From Spirochaetota bacterium (GTDB lineage Bacteria; Spirochaetota; UBA4802; UBA5550): a stretch of 64,000 nucleotides of DNA. The translations under genes were made by a program, and so were the position numbers. Below are positions 1-10,077 of the stretch, piece by piece. The DNA lies in assembly GCA_003246895.1 (NCBI GenBank), contig QKCL01000013.1, positions 4,363 through 68,362 of the forward strand, read 5' to 3'. Position 1 is the first letter of the stretch. The number at the start of each line of letters is the position of its first letter. Below the pieces are notes generated by a model. It saw only the letters and a list, made by a program, of their open reading frames with translations. It was not told the DNA's origin and did no database searches.

Positions 1-440
1 GTGAATTTTTTTGAAACTTTCATTGTTTCAGAAATTTTAAAATACCACTCATAAATGAACGTCCGGCCTTCCAGACCATGAAGCCTGATGTCTGATTTAT
101 GAGAAACCTTTATTTCATTCCTCTGACGGTCCTGGAAGGTGTCAGTCTTGTCCCTGTCACGATCTTCCTTGAGATGAATGTGGAATGCAAATACCCTGCC
201 GTATTTCATATCTTTAACAGCAGTAATATGGTAAACACCGGTATGGTTTGTTTTATACAGGTCCGGAGCCTCAATCGAATGAGGGCCAAGTTTTGAATTT
301 ATATGGTTATATATCCCCTTCCCGCTCCCCTCTGGCGCATTCATCTCCATAACCAGAACATTTTTGTTTTTTTCCAGAGCAATAACTGATACTGCAGTCA
401 TTATAAACAGAAGTACTGAAATTTTTCGATTCTTCCCCAT
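1..440 (-). CDS. Partial ORF (N-terminal part) of a secreted hypothetical protein. It runs off the left edge of the window.
   Basis: Reverse-strand reading frame has no stop between 440 and 1. The complement ATG is at 438-440, preceded by AAGGAGAG. The N-terminus MGKNRKISVLLFIMTAVSVIAL looks like a signal peptide. It is absent from the ORF table because it is open-ended. Confidence 0.45.
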   Translation of the reverse strand, partial: MGKNRKISVLLFIMTAVSVIALEKNKNVLVMEMNAPEGSGKGIYNHINSKLGPHSIEAPDLYKTNHTGVYHITAVKDMKYGRVFAFHIHLKEDRDRDKTDTFQDRQRNEIKVSHKSDIRLHGLEGRTFIYEWYFKISETMKVSKKF

Positions 441-524
441 TCCATCTCTCCTTAAAACAGAGCCGCTTAATAAAATTATAAAATAATATTCATGAATTGA
501 CAATCCCTAAACTATTATTATATT

Positions 525-2417
525 TTGAAAAATAAATATAACAGACGGGCTACTGCGATAAAACTTAAACTTAAAATAATCATCTTTTCTTTTCTGCTCC
601 TTCCTATGCAGCTGCTTGCCGGAAATTATAATATACTGGTACTTCATTCGTACCATCAGGGAATGAGCTGGACCGATGATATCACAAAGGGCATCAACAG
701 TTTTTTCAGTGATAAACCTGTAAACCTGCACTATGAATATCTCGATACGAAAAGAAACATCAGCGAAGAATATTTTCAGAACCTCAGAAAGCTCTACAGC
801 CTGAAACACCGGTACATACGGTTTGATGCTATCATAGCCTGTGACAATAATGCCCTGAAGTTCATAAACGACGGGTACCTGACCAGTTCCGGATCGTCCC
901 CCGTGATATTCTGCGGAGTAAACAACTTCTCCCGCAGAATGATCAGCAGGCTGAAAGATGTTTCAGGCATTACTGAAGAAGAGGATTTTGAATCCAATAT
1001 TAAAATGATATTAAAAATTCATCCTGATCTGAAAGATATATATGTAATAACCGATAACAGAACAGCCACGGCTGTTGAAACGAAGAAAGTCTTCATGGAA
1101 GCGGCCGGAAAACTCAAACCGGGAAAGAGAATAATCTTTATGGAAAACTTTCCCCTCGATATTCTCCTGAAAAAAATAAGAATGATACCTCCTTCGGGCT
1201 CAGTAATTTTTATGCTTAATTTCAACAAGGACATTAACCATATCTATATTTCAAATGAAGATGCAATTGAACTTGTTTCAGAAAACTCACCGGTTCCGGC
1301 TTACGGCACATGGAATTTTTTTCTCGGTCACGGCATCACCGGCGGTATAATTATAACCGGATTTGACCAGGGACTCGATGCCGCAAAAATAACATGGGAT
1401 GTCATCAATCACAAAAATTCCAGTTTCAGTAAAATCACACGGTCCAGACCTGGGAAAGCGGTGTTTGACTTTAACATGCTGAAAAAATACGGAATCAGCA
1501 CTTCAAATCTTCCAGACAATTCGACAATAATAAACCGGCCTGAAAAACCATCCAAAAAGTATCTTAAGGCTCTCATGATTCTGTTCATTATTCTCCTGCT
1601 ATTTATAACTGTATTTCTGATAAACAGAAGAATATACCTTATAAAACAGGAGAAGCTTCAGAAGGAACAGGACAGACTAAGGAAAGAGATTGACCATCAC
1701 ACATTGGAGCTCAAAAAAAACCTGAATGACAGGGAAAAACTTCTTTCCGCCATCGGCCACGACCTGAGGAGCCCCCTCATAAATATTCTAAGCATGATAA
1801 AACTCTTTAATATGAGAAACAGCAGAAACAATGATGAAACCGGTCACCTTATGAAAGTACTGCAGTTATCAACAGAACCTGTTCTTGAACTCCTTGACAA
1901 CCTGCTTTACTGGGGGCAGAACAGCATGAACGGAATAAAACCTGAAATTGGAATTCTAGATCTTAACGAACTCCTAAAAAGGACCGTGGATATATTCACC
2001 TTCCCTCTTGAATACAAAGGAATAAAACTTACTGTTAATGTGGAAAATAAATCTTCCGCAGTGGGTGACAAAAATATTATTCAGCTTGTAGTAAGAAACC
2101 TTATTTCAAACAGTGTAAAATACACGCAGCATGGAGGCAACATAACTGTTTCTGCTGTATCTTCAGATAATCTTATAACCATCTCGGTATGTGATTCAGG
2201 AACAGGGTTCCCCGCTGAAACAATTGAGCTCATTAAGCATTCAAATTCAGTTAAAAGCACAAAGGGCACGTTCAATGAAAAAGGCATGGGCATGGGACTT
2301 ATTCTGTGCCGTGATCTTCTCAGGCTCCACGACACCGCTCTTCATGTCAGAAATAATGAAACAGCCGGAGCATGTGTTTCATTTTCACTTCCCTCTTCAA
2401 AACAGAATTTATTGTAG
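525..2417 (+). CDS. Sensor histidine kinase with an N-terminal periplasmic substrate-binding-protein-like domain, a TM segment, a coiled coil, HisKA and HATPase_c domains.
   Basis: H-box AIGHDLRSPL. ATP-lid motifs are NLISNSVKYT and DSGTGF...GMGMGL. There is a hydrophobic segment around residue 350. The start is TTG at 525, so the exact start is uncertain. Confidence 0.85.
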   Translation: MKNKYNRRATAIKLKLKIIIFSFLLLPMQLLAGNYNILVLHSYHQGMSWTDDITKGINSFFSDKPVNLHYEYLDTKRNISEEYFQNLRKLYSLKHRYIRFDAIIACDNNALKFINDGYLTSSGSSPVIFCGVNNFSRRMISRLKDVSGITEEEDFESNIKMILKIHPDLKDIYVITDNRTATAVETKKVFMEAAGKLKPGKRIIFMENFPLDILLKKIRMIPPSGSVIFMLNFNKDINHIYISNEDAIELVSENSPVPAYGTWNFFLGHGITGGIIITGFDQGLDAAKITWDVINHKNSSFSKITRSRPGKAVFDFNMLKKYGISTSNLPDNSTIINRPEKPSKKYLKALMILFIILLLFITVFLINRRIYLIKQEKLQKEQDRLRKEIDHHTLELKKNLNDREKLLSAIGHDLRSPLINILSMIKLFNMRNSRNNDETGHLMKVLQLSTEPVLELLDNLLYWGQNSMNGIKPEIGILDLNELLKRTVDIFTFPLEYKGIKLTVNVENKSSAVGDKNIIQLVVRNLISNSVKYTQHGGNITVSAVSSDNLITISVCDSGTGFPAETIELIKHSNSVKSTKGTFNEKGMGMGLILCRDLLRLHDTALHVRNNETAGACVSFSLPSSKQNLL

Positions 2418-2475
2418 ACAAAAGGGGCTTTACTGATTTTTGTATCCAGATACAGTATTTTTTCAGGACCTTCCA

Positions 2476-3378
2476 ATGGATAAACAAGTATATAAATCTG
2501 ATATGTTTCTGCTCATTACTGCATTTATTTGGGGTGCCGGTTTTGTAGCACAGCGGGTCGGCATGGACCACATGGGCCCCTTTACATTCAACGGCATAAG
2601 ATTCCTGCTGGGTGCGATTATTCTCATCCCATTCTATAAAAAATTCAGTAACAATCATAATAATATCTCCGGCAAAGCAATATTCCGTTCAGGACTTCTG
2701 GCAGGTTCAGTGCTGTTTATCGCCGCTGCATTCCAGCAGTATGGACTGGTATATACCACTGCAGGCAAGGCCGGTTTCATAACAGGACTCTACGTTATTA
2801 TTGTGCCTTTTCTTGGACTGTTTTTCGGCTTCAGAGCCAATGCCGGCGGGATTATCGGAGCTTTACTTGCCACAACGGGCCTGTATCTCCTCAGTGTCAC
2901 AGAAAATCTCACCATTGACACCGGTGATGCTCTGGTTCTTGGGGGAGCTGTATTCTGGGCCCTTCACGTTCTTGTAATAGGAATTCTGTCGCCGAAAGTC
3001 AACGGAGTAATTCTCGCCAGTCTGCAGTTTGCAGTTTGCGGGGCTCTAAGCATTGTTGTTGCCTGCTTCACGGAAACCATTACAATCACAGGCATTTCAG
3101 GAGGCATATATGCCCTTCTCTTCGGAGGTATTTTTTCAGTTGCCATTGCCTACACACTTCAGGTAATTGCCCAGAAGGACGCTCCTCCCGTACATGCAGC
3201 CATAATTCTGAGCCTTGAATCGGTTTTTGGAGCCCTTACAGGGTGGCTGCTCCTTAATGAAATCATGACAACAAGATCCATGACCGGATGCATACTCATG
3301 CTTTCCGGGATGATAACTGCACAGGTTCTTCCTCTGCTTGCTTCAAAAGTTAAATCCATGAAAAATATTACGGAATAG
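2476..3378 (+). CDS. EamA/DMT-family membrane transporter.
   Basis: About 10 predicted TM helices and two EamA-like halves. The start was moved to the internal Met (MDKQ...) downstream of the HK stop. No RBS is evident. Confidence 0.75.
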   Translation: MDKQVYKSDMFLLITAFIWGAGFVAQRVGMDHMGPFTFNGIRFLLGAIILIPFYKKFSNNHNNISGKAIFRSGLLAGSVLFIAAAFQQYGLVYTTAGKAGFITGLYVIIVPFLGLFFGFRANAGGIIGALLATTGLYLLSVTENLTIDTGDALVLGGAVFWALHVLVIGILSPKVNGVILASLQFAVCGALSIVVACFTETITITGISGGIYALLFGGIFSVAIAYTLQVIAQKDAPPVHAAIILSLESVFGALTGWLLLNEIMTTRSMTGCILMLSGMITAQVLPLLASKVKSMKNITE

Positions 3379-3478
3379 ACTTAATAATACATTCCCGGAA
3401 AGTATGTTGATAAAATTCTAATTGACTTTTGAAAAATGGGCTCACCTATTAGATTATTACAAAATCTAGGGGGGCATC

Positions 3479-4234
3479 ATGAAAATAAAACACTTACTTA
3501 TTTCTGCTCTTTGTTTATTCATTGCAGCAGGCACAGTATCATGCGGAAAACAGGAGAAGGTTACAACAATTACAGTTGCATCCGATGCGACCTGGCCGCC
3601 AATGGAAATGATAAACAAGGACAAAAAAATTGAAGGTTATGCAATCGATTTCTTCAATGCAGTAGGTAAAGAAGCAGGTATCAAATTCGAATTCAAGAAC
3701 ACAGCATGGGACGGTATTTTCGCAGGCCTTGCAGCAGGAAAATATGACATGGTTGTATCTTCAGTTACTATAACAGATAAAAGAAAGAAAACAATGGATT
3801 TCAGTGAGCCGTATTTTGAAAGCGGCCAGGCTCTTGTTGTAATGAAAAGCTCAACAGCAAAATCAATTGCAGACCTGAAAGGCAAAAAAGTTGGAGCCCA
3901 GATCGGAACAACAGGTGCCTTTGAAGTTAAAAAGAACAATGGCGTTACTCTTAAAACATATGATGAAGTTGGACTTGCATTTGAAGACATGGCGGCAGGA
4001 AGAATTGACGGTGTTGTATGCGACACTCCTGTAGCAGCAAATTATGCTCTTCAGAAAGCTGAATACAAAAATAAATTTATAATAGCAGTAAACATTCCTA
4101 CCAAGGAATTCTACGGTGCGGCTTTCCCAAAAGGGAAAAAAGAACTTCTTGAAAAAGTCAACAAGGGAATTCAGGCTGTTAAGGCAAAGGGAATCGATAA
4201 AGAGCTCGTAAAAAAATGGATCGGAACTAAATAA
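3479..4234 (+). CDS. Polar amino-acid ABC transporter substrate-binding lipoprotein.
   Basis: Signal peptide with lipobox (LFIAAGTVSCG). SBP_bac_3-like sequence. RBS GGGGGG precedes the ATG. Confidence 0.85.
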   Translation: MKIKHLLISALCLFIAAGTVSCGKQEKVTTITVASDATWPPMEMINKDKKIEGYAIDFFNAVGKEAGIKFEFKNTAWDGIFAGLAAGKYDMVVSSVTITDKRKKTMDFSEPYFESGQALVVMKSSTAKSIADLKGKKVGAQIGTTGAFEVKKNNGVTLKTYDEVGLAFEDMAAGRIDGVVCDTPVAANYALQKAEYKNKFIIAVNIPTKEFYGAAFPKGKKELLEKVNKGIQAVKAKGIDKELVKKWIGTK

Positions 4235-4249
4235 GAGCAAGATATAACA

Positions 4250-5050
4250 GTGGATTTAGAAAAGAATAAAACAATAAAAGACGGCGCCATAAATGTCGGT
4301 GATGGCGCCGCCATCCCTTCAAAACAGGACCGTGGACTCTTCAATGCATGGAGGGTCGCTTTCTTCGGAGCCATCGGAACAATCCTGTACCTGGTTATAG
4401 CAAAGCCGGATCCCTACCTTTCAATACTGAAATTTCTGCCCGATGGAATTCTTGTAACTTTTCAGGTAACTGTGGAAGCAATACTTCTCGCTTTAGTGAT
4501 AGGACTCTTCGCAGGACTTGGAAGAATTTCAAGAAATCCATTTATCAACGGGCTTTCGTCTCTTTATGTCGAGGTAATAAGGGGAATACCGCTTCTGGTT
4601 CAGCTCTTTTATATCTATTTTGCCCTTGGCAGGATTGTGAATGTTCCGGCAATAGCAAGTGCAGTTATTGCAATGGCCATCTGCTACGGAGCCTACATGG
4701 CTGAGATAGTAAGAGCCGGCATCGAGTCCATTCCCAAGGGACAGATGGAAGCAGCCAGATCCCTGGGACTTTCACATGCCCAGGCAATGCGCCATGTAAT
4801 TCTTCCTCAGGCCATAAAAAATATACTTCCTCCCATAGGAAATGAATTTGTTGCGCTTTTGAAAGACTCTTCTCTTGTATCGATTCTTGCTGTATCCGAC
4901 CTTCTCAGGAGAGGAAGAGAATTTGCGTCAGAATCATTCAACTATTTTGAAACATATACAATGGTTGCCCTGATGTATCTACTGATAACACTGATTCTGT
5001 CAAAACTTATCAGCATTATGGAGGAACGCCTAAGTGTCAAATCAAGATAG
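4250..5050 (+). CDS. Polar amino-acid ABC transporter permease (HisM/GlnP-like).
   Basis: EAA-loop-like motif ([22 protein letters not shown]) and multiple TM segments. Confidence 0.85.
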   Translation: MDLEKNKTIKDGAINVGDGAAIPSKQDRGLFNAWRVAFFGAIGTILYLVIAKPDPYLSILKFLPDGILVTFQVTVEAILLALVIGLFAGLGRISRNPFINGLSSLYVEVIRGIPLLVQLFYIYFALGRIVNVPAIASAVIAMAICYGAYMAEIVRAGIESIPKGQMEAARSLGLSHAQAMRHVILPQAIKNILPPIGNEFVALLKDSSLVSILAVSDLLRRGREFASESFNYFETYTMVALMYLLITLILSKLISIMEERLSVKSR

Positions 5051-5780
5051 TAACGTAATGGTGGACATCCGAAATGCCACAAAAAATTTCGGTTCACTCA
5101 AGGCCGTGAACAATGTTTCACTTCAGGTTTATGACGGAGAGAAAGTTGTAATAATCGGGCCAAGCGGAAGCGGCAAGAGTACGCTTCTCCGTTCAATAAA
5201 CCAGCTTGAAAAAATAGATTCAGGAACAATCATCGTTGACGGAGTTGACATAAATAATCCCAAAGCCGACATCAACAAGGTCAGGGAAGAGGTTGGAATG
5301 GTATTCCAGTCTTTCAATGTGTTTCCCCATAAAACGGTTCTTGACAATGTAAACATGGCCCAGCTCATTGTTAGAAAGCGGAGCATTAAAGAGGCCACTG
5401 AAATCTCCCGCCAGCTGCTCGAAAAAGTCGGAATACTGGAAAAAGAGAAACAGTACCCCGGCAATCTTTCCGGAGGCCAGCAGCAGAGAGTTGCCATTGC
5501 CAGGGCACTTGCAATGAAACCCAAAATAATGCTTTTCGATGAACCGACTTCAGCTCTGGACCCTGAAATGATTGGCGAGGTTCTCGATGTAATGACAACC
5601 CTTGCAAAAGAGGGAATGACAATGGTTGTAGTGACTCATGAAATGGGCTTTGCCCGCGAGGTGGCAGACAGGGTAATCTTCATGGATCATGGCCAGATAA
5701 TTGAGACAGGAACACCGGAACATTTCTTCACTAATCCTGAAAATGAAAGAGCTAAAACCTTTCTCAGCCAGATACTTTAA
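5034..5780 (+). CDS. Amino-acid ABC transporter ATP-binding protein.
   Basis: Walker [10 protein letters not shown], signature [15 protein letters not shown], Walker [12 protein letters not shown]. It overlaps the permease by 17 nt, consistent with an operon. Confidence 0.9.
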   Translation: MSNQDSNVMVDIRNATKNFGSLKAVNNVSLQVYDGEKVVIIGPSGSGKSTLLRSINQLEKIDSGTIIVDGVDINNPKADINKVREEVGMVFQSFNVFPHKTVLDNVNMAQLIVRKRSIKEATEISRQLLEKVGILEKEKQYPGNLSGGQQQRVAIARALAMKPKIMLFDEPTSALDPEMIGEVLDVMTTLAKEGMTMVVVTHEMGFAREVADRVIFMDHGQIIETGTPEHFFTNPENERAKTFLSQIL

Positions 5781-5850
5781 TTACATCATGCAGGGGCAGC
5801 ACCATTCACGGATGTCTCTGTATGACCCACTTTCTTGAACAGGACTTTTT

Positions 5851-6357
5851 TTGAACAGAGACAATATCATTCTAACAGGAATGCCAGGAGCAGGGAAAAG
5901 CACTACAGGCATTCTCCTTGCCAAAACACTTGGATTTAACTTCACAGACACAGACCTTGTTATACAGCAAAGATATTCAAGGCTGCTGCAGGATATAATC
6001 AATAATGATGGCATTGAAACATTTCTCAAATATGAGGAGGAGGCGATACTGTCTCTTGACTTCAGTGATACAGTAATTGCAACGGGGGGAAGCGCGGTTT
6101 ATTCAGAAAAAGCCATGAAAAAACTGAAATCTGCGGGCACAGTAATTTTCCTCGACGCAGAGACAGAAACCCTCTGCAGACGGCTGAACAACATTACCAC
6201 AAGGGGGATAGCCATGAACCCGAACCAGACGATTTCAGACCTCAAAAAAGTACGAGATCCCCTTTACATAAAATACGCTGATATAATAATAAAAATTGGT
6301 GAAGAAACAAGTGAGACCACTGTTGGTTCAATACTTAAAAAACTTCAGATACCATAA
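5851..6357 (+). CDS. aroK: Shikimate kinase.
   Basis: P-loop ILTGMPGAGKSTTG and a size of 168 aa are typical of AroK. Confidence 0.8.
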   Translation: MNRDNIILTGMPGAGKSTTGILLAKTLGFNFTDTDLVIQQRYSRLLQDIINNDGIETFLKYEEEAILSLDFSDTVIATGGSAVYSEKAMKKLKSAGTVIFLDAETETLCRRLNNITTRGIAMNPNQTISDLKKVRDPLYIKYADIIIKIGEETSETTVGSILKKLQIP

Positions 6358-6432
6358 AAACTCTTGATTTATCCCTGCCTGTTCTGAAATCTGATTACAA
6401 CTCCTTACAAAAATATTTTCACAGAGGTTTAC

Positions 6433-6813
6433 ATGAGCACAAGAGAAAACATCATAAGAGACTATGTTACAGCATATAATAACTTCGACATAGAAGGCAT
6501 GGTAAAGAACCTGCGGAACGACGTGGAATTTATAAACGAATACAGGGGTGATGTTACCATGACAACAAATACCATCGAAGAATTCAAGGGTCAGGCTGAA
6601 CATGCCAAAAACTATTTCCAGTTCAGGGAAATAAAAATAACCGATCTTGCAGAAAGGGATAACACTGTCACCATATCAACTGAATTCAGCGCAGGGATGA
6701 TTGTTGAGAAAAAACCCGGATACCCGGCCAAGATACAGAATGTTGAGATGAAGGGCACAACAATTTTCTATTTTGAGGACGATACTATTACCAAGATGAG
6801 GGATATCTACTGA
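6433..6813 (+). CDS. NTF2-like / SnoaL-like small protein.
   Basis: 126 aa with an alpha+beta cone-like pattern. The call rests on weak similarity only. Confidence 0.4.
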   Translation: MSTRENIIRDYVTAYNNFDIEGMVKNLRNDVEFINEYRGDVTMTTNTIEEFKGQAEHAKNYFQFREIKITDLAERDNTVTISTEFSAGMIVEKKPGYPAKIQNVEMKGTTIFYFEDDTITKMRDIY

Positions 6814-6822
6814 TATCCCTTT

Positions 6823-8289
6823 CTACTCATTAACAATAACTGTATGAAGCTTTGTGAGCTCATCAATACTGTATTTAAGACCTTCCCTGCCGATTCCAGA
6901 ATTTTTGTTTCCCCCAAATGGGAAATGTCCCACTCCATGAGCCGGCGCACCGTTTATTGTCACAGTACCGTCTTCAAGTTTTCCGGAAACAGAAAATGCT
7001 GTTTTTATGCTTTCAGTAAAGACACAGCTGTCAAGCCCGTATTCCGATCTGTTTGACACTGTTACAGCTTCCTCAGCATCCTTTACAGTAATAACCGGAA
7101 GTACAGGACCGAATATTTCCTCAGAAGCAATTGCCATTTCAGGTTTTACATTATCAATCAGGGTCGGTTCATAAAAAAGTCCGCTGTATGACCCGCCCCT
7201 GAGAATTATCGCGCCGTCTTTTACTGCTCCACTAACCAGTGCATCAATTCTTTCAACAGCAGATTTATTAATTACAGGTCCCACGGCAGTTTCATCATCC
7301 ATGGGATTTCCTGTTCTATACTTCTCCATCTCCAGCAAAAAAAGGCTCAGAAACTTCTCTTTAACAGATTCTTCAATTAACAGCCTGCTTACCGCATCAC
7401 ATCTCTGGCCGGAATTCCGGAAAACCCCTTTGGCAATGTGTTTAACTGCATTTTCCATATCTGCATCGGCAAGCACTATTGCTGCCGCATTACCGCCAAG
7501 TTCAAGATGAAGCTTTTTAAGCCCTGCTCTTGAAGCAATATGCTTTCCAATTGATGTGGAACCTGTAAATGTAATGGCTGCAACATTTTCACTCTCAATG
7601 AGAAAATCTCCTATCTCACCACCGCGTCCTGTAACAGCGCTGATTGCACCCAGCGGCAGACCTGCAAGTTCAAGAATTCTTACAAAGTGCAGGAGAGCAA
7701 GAGGTGTTTCACTGGATGGTTTTGCGATAACACTGTTTCCTGCGAGTAAGGCCGGAATTATTTTTGCCGCAGCAATATACAGTGGATAATTGAAAGATGA
7801 AATAGCAAGAACAGTTCCCAGCGGTTTTCTTACCACTACTGCAAACTTGTTCTGAGTATCCTCAACCCATTCTCCGGGAATGTACTCACCGTAAAGAACT
7901 CTTACCTCCTGAAGTGTCAGCTTGAGTCTTTCCGCAGTAGCCATAACCTCCCCTCTTGATACGGAGACGGGCTTGCCCGATTCAAGGGTTATTACCCGGG
8001 CCATCTCCTCCTGATTATCAAGAAGAATTTCCCTGGCCCTCTCCATTACTTCAAGCCTTTTCACGGCTGTGAGAGCATTGTCCCTGTTATACCTTTCAGC
8101 TGCCTCAATGGCCCGCAGGGCTTCTGCTTTCTCACAATTTGGAACTCTGGCGATAACGGATCCGTCTGCAGGATTTAACACGTCGAAATACCTGTTTCCG
8201 GTATGACATCCCCAGCAGCCGCTTATGAGAGTATCATAGACCCTGCAGCCATTTTCCTCTCTCCATATCCCTGCTATTTCATTTTTCAT
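6823..8289 (-). CDS. NAD(P)-dependent aldehyde dehydrogenase.
   Basis: ALDH motifs ELGGNA and catalytic-Cys motif GQRCDA. Rossmann motifs GSTSIG and FTGS are present. Length is 488 aa. Confidence 0.9.
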   Translation of the reverse strand: MKNEIAGIWREENGCRVYDTLISGCWGCHTGNRYFDVLNPADGSVIARVPNCEKAEALRAIEAAERYNRDNALTAVKRLEVMERAREILLDNQEEMARVITLESGKPVSVSRGEVMATAERLKLTLQEVRVLYGEYIPGEWVEDTQNKFAVVVRKPLGTVLAISSFNYPLYIAAAKIIPALLAGNSVIAKPSSETPLALLHFVRILELAGLPLGAISAVTGRGGEIGDFLIESENVAAITFTGSTSIGKHIASRAGLKKLHLELGGNAAAIVLADADMENAVKHIAKGVFRNSGQRCDAVSRLLIEESVKEKFLSLFLLEMEKYRTGNPMDDETAVGPVINKSAVERIDALVSGAVKDGAIILRGGSYSGLFYEPTLIDNVKPEMAIASEEIFGPVLPVITVKDAEEAVTVSNRSEYGLDSCVFTESIKTAFSVSGKLEDGTVTINGAPAHGVGHFPFGGNKNSGIGREGLKYSIDELTKLHTVIVNE

Positions 8290-8462
8290 TTACCATACTC
8301 CTGATAATCTTTTAATGGAACTTCAAAAGTACATTATGAATCCTTCCCGGCAGTCTTTATGGCAATACAAAACCGGCATATGGATATCCCGAATAGAACA
8401 AAGCTTTTCAGAAACATCTTTAAATATTATAGTTACACATGAAACTAAATCAATAATAATCT

Positions 8463-9065
8463 TTATTTTGCCTTTGGAAGACTCCATCTGTTCTGAATCG
8501 AAAGCAGCCGAACTGCAATGACAACAAATACAGAAACAATTATATTGATGTTCCTTGATGCGTTGAAATACTCGAGAGCCAGAAAAAGGAACCCCCCGGC
8601 CATGCAGGCTGATGCATAAATTTCTCTGGTAAGGACAAGCGGAATCTCCTGCTGAAGAACATCCCTTATCATTCCCCCTGCAGTACCTGTCATGACACCC
8701 ATAAGCAGAGCACCAAGATACCCTATATCTGCATCAAGACCGATGGATATACCTATGACCGTAAACACCCCGAGTCCTATGGCATCCATGACCAGCAGAA
8801 GTTTAAACCGCAGCTCCACCTGCTTATGAAAGAAAAAAACCAGAAGGGCCGCCGCAATGGAAACATAAAGGTAATTGTAATCCTCAAAAATAAATGGAGG
8901 GGTCCTCCCGAGAAGGACATCCCTTATGGTTCCTCCACCAACTGCAGTGACAATTGCAAGGACAAGAATGCCGTAGATATCCATCTTTTTTCTCACCCCT
9001 GCAATTGCCCCGCTTATGGCAAAGGCGAAGGTTCCAAATATGTCAAAAATATATATCAGTTTCAT
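8463..9065 (-). CDS. UPF0126/TRIC-family membrane protein (tandem glycine-rich helix repeats).
   Basis: Two repeats of a G-rich TM motif (AISGAIAG... and GTAGGMIRDVL / GGGTIRDVL). Confidence 0.7.
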   Translation of the reverse strand: MKLIYIFDIFGTFAFAISGAIAGVRKKMDIYGILVLAIVTAVGGGTIRDVLLGRTPPFIFEDYNYLYVSIAAALLVFFFHKQVELRFKLLLVMDAIGLGVFTVIGISIGLDADIGYLGALLMGVMTGTAGGMIRDVLQQEIPLVLTREIYASACMAGGFLFLALEYFNASRNINIIVSVFVVIAVRLLSIQNRWSLPKAK

Positions 9066-9186
9066 TTTTATACTCCGGATAACTGCGCATTATTCATAAG
9101 CGAAACCGAAAAGTCAAACAGAGTTTTTTACTTTACACCAGACAGCAACAGGTTCTTCGTTTATTTATGCAGGAGAAAACTGAAAA

Positions 9187-9633
9187 ATGAACGGCAGTGA
9201 TACCATAACAATAATAATTGCAGATTCTGAAGCTGAGGGCATTCTGGACTCGGTGCTAAAGATCAGACATGAAGTTTTTATAAAGGGGCAGAATGTTCCT
9301 GCCGAAAGGGATATTGACGGACTCGATGACAGTTCCACTCATGTGCTGTTAAAACATGAAGGAGAAGATGTCGCCTGTGCCAGGATAAGAAATGATGGCA
9401 GTACTTTTAAAATTGAGCGTCTGGCCGTTCTTGACAGATTCAGGGGACTTGGACTCTCCCGCCTTCTCATGATTAAAATTCTCGGATACGGTTCACAGCA
9501 TGGAGCAGCAGGGTTCAAAATTCATGCCCAGAAATATCTTGAAAACTACTACAGAACATTTGGTTTTGAATCATATGGGGATTACTTCATGGATGCCGGT
9601 ATTGAACACATTGAAATGACCATGAAAAACTGA
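9187..9633 (+). CDS. GNAT-family N-acetyltransferase.
   Basis: 148 aa with an acetyl-CoA-binding-like segment (RGLGLSRLLM). Confidence 0.7.
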   Translation: MNGSDTITIIIADSEAEGILDSVLKIRHEVFIKGQNVPAERDIDGLDDSSTHVLLKHEGEDVACARIRNDGSTFKIERLAVLDRFRGLGLSRLLMIKILGYGSQHGAAGFKIHAQKYLENYYRTFGFESYGDYFMDAGIEHIEMTMKN

Positions 9634-9669
9634 ACCTGCCAAAACAGAATAATTAATCTCAGACAAATC

Positions 9670-10077
9670 CTAGATGTTTTTCATAAATCTTCTCAGGTAT
9701 TCCTGAAACGAATTAATGTCACTTTCTGTAAATTCTCCAGTGCATTCCTTTGTAAGCTCATAGTGATACTGTGAATGCTTTTCATATTCCTTTCTTCCGC
9801 TTTCAGTAAGCCTGATCACATATGAACGCCTGTCGCCCGGATTGGGAATCCTTTTAACGAGTCCCCTTTTTTCAAGCCTGTCAATGGTAACAGTAAGAGT
9901 ACCTGTTGTGACACCCATTTTTGAGGCAAGATCCTTCATTCTTATTGATTCATTGCCGCCAAGTATTTCAATTGTGTGCATTTGAGGGAGAGAAATACCG
10001 CTCTCCTCAACTACTGAATGTTCCCATGAGGAAAGCCTTTCATAAAACTCTATAATCAAATCCGACAGATCCTTCAT
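9670..10077 (-). CDS. MarR-family transcriptional regulator.
   Basis: Winged HTH (SLPQMHTIEILGG..., RIPNPGDRRSYVIRLTESG). It overlaps the upstream ATPase stop by 4 nt. Confidence 0.8.
   Translation of the reverse strand: MKDLSDLIIEFYERLSSWEHSVVEESGISLPQMHTIEILGGNESIRMKDLASKMGVTTGTLTVTIDRLEKRGLVKRIPNPGDRRSYVIRLTESGRKEYEKHSQYHYELTKECTGEFTESDINSFQEYLRRFMKNI

Noticed and set aside
507-809. Antisense/overlapping ORFs inside confident genes. Examples: 507..809(-), 794..997(-), 10189..11793(+) inside the ATPase, 3637..4240(-), 56693..56971(+), 60645..60950(+), 61886..62446(+).
   Set aside because: They lie entirely within longer ORFs that carry clear protein-family motifs on the other strand or frame. 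They have no RBS and their composition is typical of antisense translation.
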